Notes: generated from the letters alone by a model not told the origin. Shown: positions 51,238 to 61,298, numbered from the stretch's first letter. The stretch is 64,000 nucleotides of DNA from a candidate division WOR-3 bacterium (GCA_027050205.1 JALUCS010000104.1:1-64000), one strand, 5' to 3'. Made by a program: numbers and translations.

Positions 51238-51262
51238 CAGGGCTTAGAAACAGGAGGGTAGA

Positions 51263-52438
51263 ATGAAACTGTTAGAGAAGAGTACCTACATGGTTTTGAA
51301 GGGGAACTACGCCGTAGCGTACGGCGTGAAGTTGGCCAGGGTGGAGGTGATCTCCGCCTACCCCATCACCCCACAGACCACCATAGCCGAGAAGTTGGCC
51401 GATATGACGGCCACCGGGGAGCTGAAGGCCCGCTTCATAACCGTTGAGTCCGAGCATTCCGCCATATCCGCCGTCATCGCCTCCTCTATGGCCGGGGCTA
51501 GGTCCTTCACGGCCACGGCCTCGCAGGGGCTGGCCCTGATGCACGAGATGCTGCACTGGGCCGTGGGGGCGCGCGCTCCCGTGGTGCTGGCCAACGTGAA
51601 CAGGGCCTTGGCCCCCTCGTGGAACATATGGACGGAGCAGACGGACTCCCTCGCCCAGAGGGACACGGGCTGGATCCAGATATACAACGAGTCCAACCAG
51701 GAGGTCCTGGACAGCACCATCCTCGCCTTCAAGATAGCAGAGAGGGTCTATCTGCCTACAATGCTGGTCCTGGATGCCTTCATCCTCTCCCACACCTCCG
51801 AGCCGGTTGAGGTCTATCCGCAGGAGCTCGTAGACGAGTTCCTCCCGCCCTACCACCACCCTAACGCCATAAACTTTGACGACCCGCGGGCCATAGGGGC
51901 CTTTGCCCGTCCGGACTACTACATGGAGTTCCGGTACAACATCCAGAAGGCGCACGAGGAGGCCCTGAAGGTCTTCAAGGAGGAGACAGAGCTCTTCGCC
52001 GATATGTTCGGCCGCAAGTACGACACGGTTGAGGAGTTCATGTTAGACGATGCGGACTACGTCCTCGTCCTCGCCGGAAGCACCACGACGACCGCCAAGT
52101 ACGCCGTGGCCAAGCTCCGTGAGAGGGGCGAGAAGGTGGGCATAATGAAGATAAAGCTCTTCAGGCCCTTCCCCGTAGAGGACGTACGCAGGGTACTGGC
52201 CGGCCGGAAGAAGGTCGCCGTGATAGACAGGAACGTCTCCTTCGGACACTCCGGCATCTTCTACATGGAGACCAAGGCGGCTATGTACGGTGCCAAGGAC
52301 AGGCCTCCTATCTTCGGCTACGTCGCCGGACTCGGAGGCAGGGACATCCGTCCGCAGGACATCATAGACATCTACGAGGATATGAAGAGGAGAGAGGAGA
52401 TGGACAGCAACGTAATCTGGAAGGGGGTAAGAGTATGA
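51263..52438 (+). CDS. porA: Pyruvate/2-oxoacid:ferredoxin oxidoreductase alpha subunit
   Basis: 'AYPITPQT', 'ESEHSA', 'TASQGL', 'GLGGRD'. Confidence 0.95.
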   Translation: MKLLEKSTYMVLKGNYAVAYGVKLARVEVISAYPITPQTTIAEKLADMTATGELKARFITVESEHSAISAVIASSMAGARSFTATASQGLALMHEMLHWAVGARAPVVLANVNRALAPSWNIWTEQTDSLAQRDTGWIQIYNESNQEVLDSTILAFKIAERVYLPTMLVLDAFILSHTSEPVEVYPQELVDEFLPPYHHPNAINFDDPRAIGAFARPDYYMEFRYNIQKAHEEALKVFKEETELFADMFGRKYDTVEEFMLDDADYVLVLAGSTTTTAKYAVAKLRERGEKVGIMKIKLFRPFPVEDVRRVLAGRKKVAVIDRNVSFGHSGIFYMETKAAMYGAKDRPPIFGYVAGLGGRDIRPQDIIDIYEDMKRREEMDSNVIWKGVRV

Positions 52439-53379
52439 GCTGGACCTGGGTAGAGGTAAAACCCAACGAGAACGACCTGCTCAATTCGGGTCATCTGGCA
52501 TGTCAGGGGTGCGGCGCCACCATAGCCGCACGTCTGGCTCTCAAGGCCTTAGGGCCTAAGACGGTCTTCGTGATACCGGCATCCTGCTGGAGCGTGATTG
52601 ACGGGGCATGGCCCCAGCACGCCCTAAAGATACCCGTATTCCACACGGCCTTTGAGACGGCCGCCATAGCCGCCACCGGTATAAGGGCGGCCCTTGATAT
52701 GAAGGGGATGTACGACGTCAACGTCGTGGCGTGGGCCGGGGACGGTGGCACGTTTGATATCGGACTTCAGGCCCTCTCCGGAGCCGCCGAGAGGAACGAG
52801 AACATCATCTACGTCACGTACGATAACGAGGCCTATATGAACACGGGCATACAGAGGTCCTCCTCAACCCCCATAGGGGCCTGGACCACCACGACGCCCG
52901 ACGAGAGGCCGGAGGACAGGCCCAAGAAGAACATGATGGAGATCCTGGCCGCCCACAGGGTACCCTACGCCGCCACGGCCAGTATAGCCTTCCCCGACGA
53001 CTTTGTGCGAAAGCTCAAGAAGGCCTCCCAGATAAAGGGCTTCAGGTTCATCCACGTATTCTCGCCATGCCCTCCGGGGTGGAAGATGGCCTCTCACCTG
53101 TCGGTGAAGGTCGCCCGCCTCGCCGTTGAGACGAAGATATTCCCCCTCTACGAGATAGAGGACGGGGAGTTATATACCATCAACTACTGGCCCAAGGGCC
53201 TCCCGGTTGAGGAGTACCTGAAGCTCCAGGGCAGGTTCAGGCCGGTGTTGAGGGACCCGGAGCGCCTTGCGTACGTCCAGAGGTTCGTGGACCACGAGTG
53301 GGAGAAGTTGGTGAGGAAGCACGAGGCCACACACGGCTACCTGCCAGAGGAGGCGAAGAGGACGACTGCAGCCTTTTAG
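52435..53379 (+). CDS. porB: Pyruvate/2-oxoacid:ferredoxin oxidoreductase beta subunit (TPP-binding)
   Basis: 'ACQGCG', 'GDGG..DIG', 'DNEAYMNTGIQRS', 'SPCP'. Confidence 0.95.
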   Translation: MSWTWVEVKPNENDLLNSGHLACQGCGATIAARLALKALGPKTVFVIPASCWSVIDGAWPQHALKIPVFHTAFETAAIAATGIRAALDMKGMYDVNVVAWAGDGGTFDIGLQALSGAAERNENIIYVTYDNEAYMNTGIQRSSSTPIGAWTTTTPDERPEDRPKKNMMEILAAHRVPYAATASIAFPDDFVRKLKKASQIKGFRFIHVFSPCPPGWKMASHLSVKVARLAVETKIFPLYEIEDGELYTINYWPKGLPVEEYLKLQGRFRPVLRDPERLAYVQRFVDHEWEKLVRKHEATHGYLPEEAKRTTAAF

Positions 53380-53380
53380 C

Positions 53381-53404
53381 GGAGGGGGGGCTTCCCCCCT
53401 CTCC
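53381..53404 (+). terminator. GC-rich hairpin after the por operon
   Basis: GGAGGGGGGG-CTT-CCCCCTCTCC; no clear U-tract. Confidence 0.45.
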
Positions 53405-53421
53405 CCCTTAAAATCCGGGGG

Positions 53422-54861
53422 ATGGTTCTCGTTGTTGGTTATGTCGTTTGGGATGTGAGGATTGACGGGGGGAGCGACGATAGGTGCTACTCTGCCATCG
53501 TCTTACCGGACGGTTCTCCCGTCCTCTCCGGAAACTACGGCAACTCCGTCTACGTGGCGAAGGTCTCACCGGGGGACGGGAGCTTCGTCTGGCAGTACGT
53601 CTTCGCCTTCCCCGGCGACGGCAGGTCCAACGCCAAGTCCCTCCTCTTTGACCCCACCGACTCCACCCTCGTAATAGGGGGTACGGCCTACCCCTACTCC
53701 GGGGACGATCAGGCCTGCGGCTTCGTCGCCAAGGTCCGGGACGGTAGTACGGTATGGATGTACGTGGACTCGGCCGACGGGTGCGGTCGCAGGGAGGGGT
53801 TCTCCGGCGTGGTGATGGGTGGAGACGGCCACTACTACGCCTACGGCACGGACTACGAGACCTACAGCTCCGACCTCTTTACCCCCAGCCGTCGCTTCGT
53901 CCTGAAGATAGACAGGGGAACGGGGAGTAAGGTCTGGAGGTACCAGCCGGGAGGGTACTCCTACACGGCGGCGACTCCCCTACCCGACGGCTCCATCGTA
54001 GCCGTTGGCTTCGGTGCGGACGCCGAAGCCCAGAGGGTGGGGGCGGACGGTGGGGAGATCTGGAGCATCACCCCGGACAACGGGAAGTTCTGGGATGTAA
54101 TCGTAGCCCCGAACGGCCACCCCGTCGTGGCGGGAATAAAGGACGGGGACTTCTACGTCGCCCAACTCCAGAGGGAGACGGGGGGTATCAGGTGGGTCTA
54201 TACGGCCAACGGTTCAGATGACGACGATGACGTCGCCTTCGCCTTATCTACGGACGGCCTCTACATCTACGCCGCCGGCTACTTGGATAACGGCATAAAC
54301 GGTCTGGACGCGCACGTAGTCAAGTTGGATACCCTCGGCAACCTCCTCTGGAGCTACACCTACAACGGTCCCTTCAACTCCGATGACGCCTTCCGCACCC
54401 TGTCGCCGGTCGGAGGGGGGATAGTGGCGGGGGGATACTCCGTCGGTGCCGGTACGGGGAGGGACGTCCTCCTCCTTAGACTCAACGGGGACGGGGACAC
54501 CCTCTGGAGTCTCACCTACGACTCCCCTTACTCTCTTGACGATGAGGTCCGGGCAGTCGCCGTAAGCGGCGGGGAACTGTACGTATGCGGGAACTCCAAG
54601 TCCTCTCCAACCGACGGGGACATCCTCCTCCTCAAGGTCTCGGACCCTACGGAAGCCCCAGAAGACGAGGGGGGTAGCCTCTCCCTCTCAACGGTGGGTG
54701 GCACCCTCGTACTTGAGGGGTACGGCAGAGCTGTCCTCTACGACGTCTCCGGCCGGAAGGTTAAAGAGGTGGAGGTACGGGGAAGGGCGGAGTTGAGACC
54801 GGGGAAGGGTGCCTACTTCTTGAGGTTTAGGGGGCGGACCTACCGGGTGATCCTCCGTTAG
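53422..54861 (+). CDS. Exported beta-propeller protein with T9SS-like C-terminal domain
   Basis: 'W..TY.G..DD', 'G..LWS' repeats; tail 'LYDVSGRKV..GAYFL'. Confidence 0.8.
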   Translation: MVLVVGYVVWDVRIDGGSDDRCYSAIVLPDGSPVLSGNYGNSVYVAKVSPGDGSFVWQYVFAFPGDGRSNAKSLLFDPTDSTLVIGGTAYPYSGDDQACGFVAKVRDGSTVWMYVDSADGCGRREGFSGVVMGGDGHYYAYGTDYETYSSDLFTPSRRFVLKIDRGTGSKVWRYQPGGYSYTAATPLPDGSIVAVGFGADAEAQRVGADGGEIWSITPDNGKFWDVIVAPNGHPVVAGIKDGDFYVAQLQRETGGIRWVYTANGSDDDDDVAFALSTDGLYIYAAGYLDNGINGLDAHVVKLDTLGNLLWSYTYNGPFNSDDAFRTLSPVGGGIVAGGYSVGAGTGRDVLLLRLNGDGDTLWSLTYDSPYSLDDEVRAVAVSGGELYVCGNSKSSPTDGDILLLKVSDPTEAPEDEGGSLSLSTVGGTLVLEGYGRAVLYDVSGRKVKEVEVRGRAELRPGKGAYFLRFRGRTYRVILR

Positions 54862-55739
54862 AGGGCGTAGAAGTCCCGCTCTATCGCCCTGACCTGGGCC
54901 TTCAGGTTCGCGAGGAAGGCGTACTTCGGCTGATTCAAGCGGTTCTTCTCGTAGACCTCCACCATCACCCTATCCCTTACACACTCCCACTCCCCGCCGC
55001 AACCCTCGTAAATCTCCCGCAGCAGGGATACGTACCTCTTGGTGGCGGCCTCGCTCAAACTAAGGTACCTCTTGACCTCCCTCCTCCCCTCTATCAACCT
55101 GACGTGGGGGAGGCCGAGGACCTCTATATCGTACTCCCGGAGCCTACGGAGGCTGTTCAGGTAATCTATCACGCTCGTAAGGAACTGCGGTAGGATGTAC
55201 GTCCCCTCGGCGTTGGTAACACCGGCCGCCTCCCCTACCACCATCAGCCTTTCGGGGAGGACGTAGTAGGACACGGAGTCCTTAGTGTGGCCGGGAGTAT
55301 ATACGACTTCTATCTCCCCTCCCTCCCACTCCAACCTCTGCCCGTCCTCAAGGGGTAGCCCCTCCCTCGGAGGTACGAAGGTGTAGCGCTCGGCGTCTGG
55401 ATCCCCCAAGGCGGCCATCTCCTTCCTGTTCATCTCCTCTATGAACTTTACCACCCTCTCCCTAGCCATCACCTCGTAGAAGTAGGGATGGGCGGCCGTG
55501 GTGTGCTTACCCACCTCCCGTACGTAGGTGTATCCGCCTATGTGGTCGTAATGGGAGTGGGTGAACAGGATCCTCCCCACCTTCAGGCCTTCCCCCTTCA
55601 GGAAGGCGGCTATCCTCTTGCCCCAATAACCCGTTCCGACGTCTATTAGGGTGTCTCCGACGAGATAGACGAAGGCGTACGGCCCGCCTAAGATCCGGAC
55701 ACCCCCGTACCTCCTCTGTGAGAAGTCTAAAGCCCGCAC
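54858..55739 (-). CDS. MBL-fold metallo-hydrolase
   Basis: 'THSHYDHIGG', 'TPGHT'. Confidence 0.9.
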   Translation of the reverse strand: MRALDFSQRRYGGVRILGGPYAFVYLVGDTLIDVGTGYWGKRIAAFLKGEGLKVGRILFTHSHYDHIGGYTYVREVGKHTTAAHPYFYEVMARERVVKFIEEMNRKEMAALGDPDAERYTFVPPREGLPLEDGQRLEWEGGEIEVVYTPGHTKDSVSYYVLPERLMVVGEAAGVTNAEGTYILPQFLTSVIDYLNSLRRLREYDIEVLGLPHVRLIEGRREVKRYLSLSEAATKRYVSLLREIYEGCGGEWECVRDRVMVEVYEKNRLNQPKYAFLANLKAQVRAIERDFYAL

Positions 55740-55742
55740 GCC

Positions 55743-56402
55743 CTATTCTACGGGTGTGAGGTCTACGTAGTGAAACCGCCCCTCCCTGACGACCCTCCTA
55801 CCCAACCGGAAGCTTATGGGTTTGGAGAAGATGGGGCCGTCGTACACGAAGGTGTGGAACTCCCCCCTCTCGCCGCAGGGGTCCACACCCGGAGGCAGGT
55901 CCTCAAGGAAACGGCCATCGTACTCCCGGCCGACGAACTCCCCGGAAAGTTGCTCCCCGTCCACCGAGACGACCACCGCCCTGAACCCTAGGGACAGAAA
56001 CTCCCTCGCCAGTTCCTCCGTATTCCTTCCCCAAAGGGGGAAGTGTCCTCTCCATCCCCCCTTCATAAGCCTCTCCTCTCGGTACCTCCTGACGTCCTCC
56101 AAGAAGATATCCCCAAAGACGACCACCCTGTCGGGGTCTATCCCTTTCAACTCCTCCATCGCCTCGGCCATCCTCCTCTCGTACTCTTCGTTGGTGCATC
56201 CCTGCGGTATGAAGACCTCGTACAGGGGGATACCGATGGAGGCGGCCTGTAGCCTCAAGAGTTCCCGTCTGACCCCGTGAATGGAGACGCGGTCGTACCC
56301 CTCCGTCACCGTAGTCAGGAGCCTCGTAATGTTGTGTCCCTCGTTGAGGACGGTATGGAGGGCGAGGGAGCTGTCCTTACCTCCGCTGAAGGCTACGATC
56401 AA
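55743..56402 (-). CDS. MJ0570/Dph6-related ATP pyrophosphatase
   Basis: 'FSGGKDS', 'FGDIFL', 'PLW', 'DPCGE.GEFHT'. Confidence 0.88.
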   Translation of the reverse strand: MIVAFSGGKDSSLALHTVLNEGHNITRLLTTVTEGYDRVSIHGVRRELLRLQAASIGIPLYEVFIPQGCTNEEYERRMAEAMEELKGIDPDRVVVFGDIFLEDVRRYREERLMKGGWRGHFPLWGRNTEELAREFLSLGFRAVVVSVDGEQLSGEFVGREYDGRFLEDLPPGVDPCGERGEFHTFVYDGPIFSKPISFRLGRRVVREGRFHYVDLTPVE

Positions 56403-56426
56403 GGGGGTATTCTAAGCCGTGAAGAT

Positions 56427-56451
56427 AAAAAAAGGGGGGCCGAAGCCCCCC
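56427..56451 (-). terminator. Intrinsic terminator of gltA
   Basis: Minus strand GGGGGGC-TTCG-GCCCCCC followed by T7. Confidence 0.9.
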
Positions 56452-56472
56452 GTTGCGCTCATTGAGAGGTCC

Positions 56473-57603
56473 TTACCTCTCGTCTATGGGGATGTACTTC
56501 TTGTCTATCTCGCCCTTGTAGATGGCGCGAGGCCTGAAGATGCGGTTGTCCTCAAGGTACTCAAGGACGTGGGCCGTCCATCCGGCGACGCGGGAGATGG
56601 CGAAGATGGGCGTGAAGAGGTCGGTATCTATGCCGAGGGCGTTGTAGACGAGGCCGGAGTAGAAGTCCACGTTCGGGAAGATGCCCTTCTGGCCCTTCTC
56701 CCGGATCATGATCTCCTCAACCTTGACGGCGGTCTGATAGAACTCGCTCCTCTTGGTCAGCTCCTCGGCGAACTTCTTGAGGATGCGGGCGCGAGGATCG
56801 TAGGCCTTGTAGACCCTGTGGCCGAAGCCCATCACCCTCTCCTTCTTGGCGAGCTTGTCAAGGATGTACTTCTCGGCGTTCTCCGGGGAGCCAATCTCCT
56901 GAAGCATCTTCAGGACCCTCTCGTTGGCTCCACCGTGGAGGGGTCCCTTGAGGGCGGCGACACCGCCCGTGATGGCGGAGTACATGTCGGAGAGGGTGGA
57001 AGCTATCACCATGGTGGTGAAGGTGGAAGCGTTCATACCGTGGTCCGCGTGGAGGATGAGGGCGACGTCCATCACCCTGGTCTCGTAGTCGCTGGGCCTC
57101 TCACCCTTGAGCATATAGAGGAAGTTGGCGGCGTGGCCGAGGGTGGGGTCAGGAGGCACGAGGTCCAGACCCTTGCGGGCCCTGTCAAAGTAGGCCACTA
57201 TGGTGGGGAACTTGGCTATGAGGCGGACGGAGATGCGGAACTTGGCCTCAAGGTCCTCAAGCTTGGCGTCGTAGTCGTAGGCCTCCAGGAGGGAGACCAC
57301 CGTACGGAGGGCCGCCATGGGGTGGGTGTCGGGAGGGAGGTCAAGGATGAAGTCCACGACCTCTGGAGGCAGCTCCCTGGCGGAGCGGAGGGCGGCGTTG
57401 AACATCTTGAGCTCTTCCTTCTTGGGGAGGCGACGCAGGAGCAGGGCGAGGGCGACCTCCTCAAAGGTGGAGTACTCCGCCCACTCCTCTATGGGGATGC
57501 CCAGGTAGTAGAGCTTCCCCTCCTGACCGTTGATAAAGCTCAAAACGGTTTCAGCCGCCGGTACGCCTGCAAGCCCCTTGGAAAACGGATACTTCTCTGT
57601 CAT
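56473..57603 (-). CDS. gltA: Citrate synthase
   Basis: 'HPM', 'HADHG.NAST', 'GPLHGGAN', 'GFGHRVY..DPR', 'PNVDFYSG'. Confidence 0.97.
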   Translation of the reverse strand: MTEKYPFSKGLAGVPAAETVLSFINGQEGKLYYLGIPIEEWAEYSTFEEVALALLLRRLPKKEELKMFNAALRSARELPPEVVDFILDLPPDTHPMAALRTVVSLLEAYDYDAKLEDLEAKFRISVRLIAKFPTIVAYFDRARKGLDLVPPDPTLGHAANFLYMLKGERPSDYETRVMDVALILHADHGMNASTFTTMVIASTLSDMYSAITGGVAALKGPLHGGANERVLKMLQEIGSPENAEKYILDKLAKKERVMGFGHRVYKAYDPRARILKKFAEELTKRSEFYQTAVKVEEIMIREKGQKGIFPNVDFYSGLVYNALGIDTDLFTPIFAISRVAGWTAHVLEYLEDNRIFRPRAIYKGEIDKKYIPIDER

Positions 57604-58007
57604 GGCGAAAAAATTCTAAGGTCGCCCCCCTCCCACCTACGCTCAGTAAATAAGAAATCCGTGCAGTCTTGCAGCTCAACCCCCTATAACTCCCTCCGTA
57701 GGGGACGCCCTCGTTATGCCGACGGGGTATTCGGAGGGGTGAAGATAGTCGCACCTCGGCGAGGGATGGATAGAATCGTTGAATAAGTAAAAATTTTCTC
57801 AAAATTTACGATTTCTTGAAAATAGTTAAATTTAACCTTCAAAGCCGAGTATTACTCTGATAGAGTCCCCCACTTTCAAAAACCGAATGATACGAAAAAT
57901 TCCGTTTAATTGGATCGTTAGATGATGCATTACTCAATCTTGTCGGTAGAAAATCCACCGTCTGAAGTTGCGTTGGGCAGGGGTGCGAGGACCCATCCGT
58001 CTTTTCA

Positions 58008-58051
58008 AAAATTGAAAGTCGGACTTCAACAAACCGTAAGTCGCCCTTTAA
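58008..58051 (-). repeat. 22-bp unit array (2 units, minus strand)
   Basis: ttaaagggcgacttacggtttg / ttgaagtccgactttcaatttt. Confidence 0.75.
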
Positions 58052-59166
58052 CAACTGCAGATTTTGGACGGTATCTCCTACGCTCCATCTCCCCAAAAAC
58101 CAATCCGGGACCAAGGTTCCGACATCGGTACTCATTGAAAGCGGGGACATCCCCGTTGGCCGAATACGTCTCCTTGGAGATAATTTCACCGTTAAAGTGT
58201 CGGCATATGAGTGTCTCACCTTTACAAAAATACGCTGAAAAGTGCGACAGTGTGCTTTCCGGTAGAACGGCGGTCATAGGTCGTGTCCCAAAGTGTGGCC
58301 TTGGGCTGGAGAAATCGGGGTCGTTGGAGTTCTCCAAAAACCGGGAACTGCATTTTTTTACAATATGGAATATATCTGCGGAACTAAATTTTTTAATAGT
58401 ACTCTCTTGGAACCGACAAAGTAAAAGTAAATTGATGAAACTGATAGTTGGGCTTCAAGATCCCTGTACTCCTCACTACCCATTAGCAGATTTTTTGAAT
58501 AGAATTCCTGTGACCTACCTCCGGAAAGTTGAAACGGGGGTTCGGGAGGTACGGGATACAGTTCAATCCGGCTTCGGGATTTTTTACTCTTAGGAAATTT
58601 TACTTCAACTGCTCCTAAGGCTGCATTTATGCTACCTACCGAATATCCTACCCCTCTGTTGCCTATGAAGAAACAGTTAAGATTGCACAATCTCATAGAA
58701 GGCAACGGGAAGTGCGCTATCCGAACTCTTCAATTACTCCCAAATCGACCGCAATTCCTCATCAAGCCTGATACCATATCGGATTTTATTCCTCTGAAAG
58801 ATTAACGGGTAGGTTTGAACGATATCCAAAATTCGCCCCTTAAGGGGTACTGCATTTTTGTGATAAAGATACAGCGAGCATCAAAGGACCGGTACCCTCA
58901 CTTTGTAAAACAACGGCCCAATTTCAGGATTTTGACGGTATTACCCACGACGGGGTATCAATGAATCCCCGGAAGCCCGATATAAGCCAAAGGCCCAACG
59001 GATCCGCCTTGACGGTCATCCTATTTACCGGATATTTCCGCATCCTTAGAATAGGGGCCGTGGATGGCACCTTCGGGGTTCCTCCGATGTTTCACCGAAT
59101 ATGCGGAAATGTAGGACAGTTTTATCGTAGCATTTTGATGGTATATAAAAATCTTTGCGTAAAATT

Positions 59167-60237
59167 ATGAAAATTTTGATGATAACCGACAACTACCCCC
59201 ACAGGGAGAGACCCTACATCGTCCCCTTTTTCAGCGACCACGCCAAGGTCCTTGGACACCTCGGAGAGGTCAAGGTAATTACCCTAATAAGGAGCCGCAG
59301 GTTCGGATACCGTCGGTACGTCTGGGAGGGGGTACCCGTAGAGGCCCTGATGATGCCCTACGTCCCCCGTATGGGTCTCGTCTTTCTCCCCCTCGCCATA
59401 CTTATGCACACCGCCCTGCTCCTCAAGAACCTCCTTACCTTCAAACCGGATGCCATAGTTGTGCATATGGCCCTACCGGCCGGGATCCCTCCGGCGATCT
59501 TCCTCCGAAAGAGGTTCATCTTGGTTGAACATTCGGATAAGTCCATAGGAACTCGCATAAACAGGCTTCTGGCGGGGATGGTGTATAGGGCGGCAAAGAG
59601 GTTGCTCGTGGTCAGCACCTTCCAGGCGGAGGAGATAGCGAGGAAGGTAGGGATAGAGGCGGACGGGATCGTACCCAACCCCGTTTTCGGGTGTGAGGCC
59701 GCGACCCCTCCCCCTATGAGGAGGAGCGCCCTGTTCGTAGGCACCATAACGGACCGAAAGGACCCGATTCTCCTTAGGGAGGCGGCCCGTCTCCTCCCTG
59801 ACTTTCGCTTCCGGTTCGTCGGTAGCAGTTCGGATCGTCCGTACCTGAAGCGTTTCCTCGCCGATATGCCCCCTAACTGCGAGTACTTGGGAACCCTTCC
59901 GAGTAAGCGGGATGTACTCAACCTCATGCGGGAGAGCGACCTTCTGGTCAGTACGAGCAATCACGAGAACTTCGGGGTTGCCATCGCCGAGGCATTGACG
60001 TGCGGCAGACCGGTGGTATGGACTGACTCCGGTGGCCCCCGCGACTTCCTTAACGAGAGCAACTCCGTTAGGGTGAGGGAGAGGACACCGGAAGCCGTCG
60101 CCGAAGCCGTAAGGTTGGCCTACCGACGGTTGGAGGAGGGAAAGTTCAATCCCCAGAGGATCAGGGAGGGGATACTAAGGTACGCCTCGCCGGAGAGGGT
60201 CGCTGCGAGGTACAGGGAGTACCTCCTTCGGGATTAG
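59167..60237 (+). CDS. Glycosyltransferase family 4
   Basis: 'MKILMIT..YP', 'ENFG.AIAEA..CG.PVV'. Confidence 0.88.
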   Translation: MKILMITDNYPHRERPYIVPFFSDHAKVLGHLGEVKVITLIRSRRFGYRRYVWEGVPVEALMMPYVPRMGLVFLPLAILMHTALLLKNLLTFKPDAIVVHMALPAGIPPAIFLRKRFILVEHSDKSIGTRINRLLAGMVYRAAKRLLVVSTFQAEEIARKVGIEADGIVPNPVFGCEAATPPPMRRSALFVGTITDRKDPILLREAARLLPDFRFRFVGSSSDRPYLKRFLADMPPNCEYLGTLPSKRDVLNLMRESDLLVSTSNHENFGVAIAEALTCGRPVVWTDSGGPRDFLNESNSVRVRERTPEAVAEAVRLAYRRLEEGKFNPQRIREGILRYASPERVAARYREYLLRD

Positions 60238-60247
60238 AATGGCCACT

Positions 60248-60805
60248 ATGGTAAAGTCGGACAGGTGGATAGAGAGGATGGCGAGGGAGTACGGTATGAT
60301 AGAACCCTTTGAACCCTCGCTGGTTAGGGAGGGGAAGGTATCCTACGGCCTCTCCTCCTACGGCTACGACATACGGGTGGCCGACGAGTTCTACATATTC
60401 ACCAACGTGCATACGGTGGTAGTGGACCCCAAGAACTTTGACGAGAGGTCCTTCGTGTATCACAGGGGAGACCACTGCATAATCCCCCCCAACTCCTTCT
60501 GTCTGGCCCGCTCCGTGGAGTACTTCCGGATCCCCCGGAACGTCCTCGGTATATGCATTGGCAAGAGTACCTACGCCCGCTGCGGCATAATCGTAAACGT
60601 GACCCCCCTTGAGCCGGAGTGGGAGGGGTACCTCACCATAGAGATAAGCAACACCACCCCCCTACCCGCCAAGATCTACGCCAACGAGGGCATAGCCCAG
60701 CTCGTATTCCTTGAGGCTGACGAGATAACCCGCGTCTCCTACGCCGACCGCAGGGGCAAGTACCAAGGGCAGAAGGGTATAAGCCTACCGAGGGTGGAGC
60801 GATGA
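60248..60805 (+). CDS. dcd: dCTP deaminase
   Basis: '[10 protein letters not shown]', 'GKSTYARCG', 'TPLEPEWEG'; start set to ATG 60248, 7 nt after TAGAAT. Confidence 0.96.
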   Translation: MVKSDRWIERMAREYGMIEPFEPSLVREGKVSYGLSSYGYDIRVADEFYIFTNVHTVVVDPKNFDERSFVYHRGDHCIIPPNSFCLARSVEYFRIPRNVLGICIGKSTYARCGIIVNVTPLEPEWEGYLTIEISNTTPLPAKIYANEGIAQLVFLEADEITRVSYADRRGKYQGQKGISLPRVER

Positions 60806-61257
60806 AGAGATGGGTTGAGCATGAGGGTAAGATCCACGAGATAGACCTCAAGGAGGGCGGAATAAAGGCCCATCCGCTCTGCAACGGTATAAAGATAACC
60901 CTCATCAACGGCAAACCCGTCCTGTTCCGCACCGCATCGGTTGAAGATGGGGTACTGGTTGAGACCCCCGACGCCCACGTTGTGGTCAAGGTCTACAAGG
61001 CCCCTCCCTCCGTAAGCCGGGTGGAACGCTCCCACTCCGTCCAGCACATAAAGTCTCCCATGCCGGCCCTCGTAGTAGCCGTTGAAAGGAAGGTGGGGGA
61101 CAGGGTGAAGAAGGGAGACGTGGTGGTGGTCATAGAAGCGATGAAGATGAGGACCCAGTTGAAGGCCCATATAGACGGCGTAGTGACCCACATATACGTG
61201 GAACCGGGCGTGAGTGTGAGCAAAGGGCAGCTTCTGGCCGTCGTTGAGGCTGAATAG
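60802..61257 (+). CDS. Biotin carboxyl carrier protein
   Basis: 'SPMP', 'EAMKM'. Confidence 0.92.
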   Translation: MKRWVEHEGKIHEIDLKEGGIKAHPLCNGIKITLINGKPVLFRTASVEDGVLVETPDAHVVVKVYKAPPSVSRVERSHSVQHIKSPMPALVVAVERKVGDRVKKGDVVVVIEAMKMRTQLKAHIDGVVTHIYVEPGVSVSKGQLLAVVEAE

Positions 61258-61298
61258 GGCGGACGTTCCCGGTTCCTGCCGTATAATCACGGGTTCCG

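Noticed and set aside
55743..56402. Bacterial diphthamide pathway
   Set aside because: MJ0570/Dph6-related proteins are common in bacteria, and no other dph genes are present
56419..57786. 455-aa plus-strand ORF, and similar ORFs at 5748-6572, 27527-28321 and 61704-62516
   Set aside because: Antisense shadows of gltA, icd, pheS and asnS caused by GC-rich codon bias; no recognisable motifs
57839..58705. ORFs inside the intergenic islands (e.g. 57922-58593, 9586-10020, 32375-32611)
   Set aside because: Atypical composition and no motifs; recurring 'LKSDLRF'-like peptides come from the 22-bp DNA unit, which does not keep reading frame
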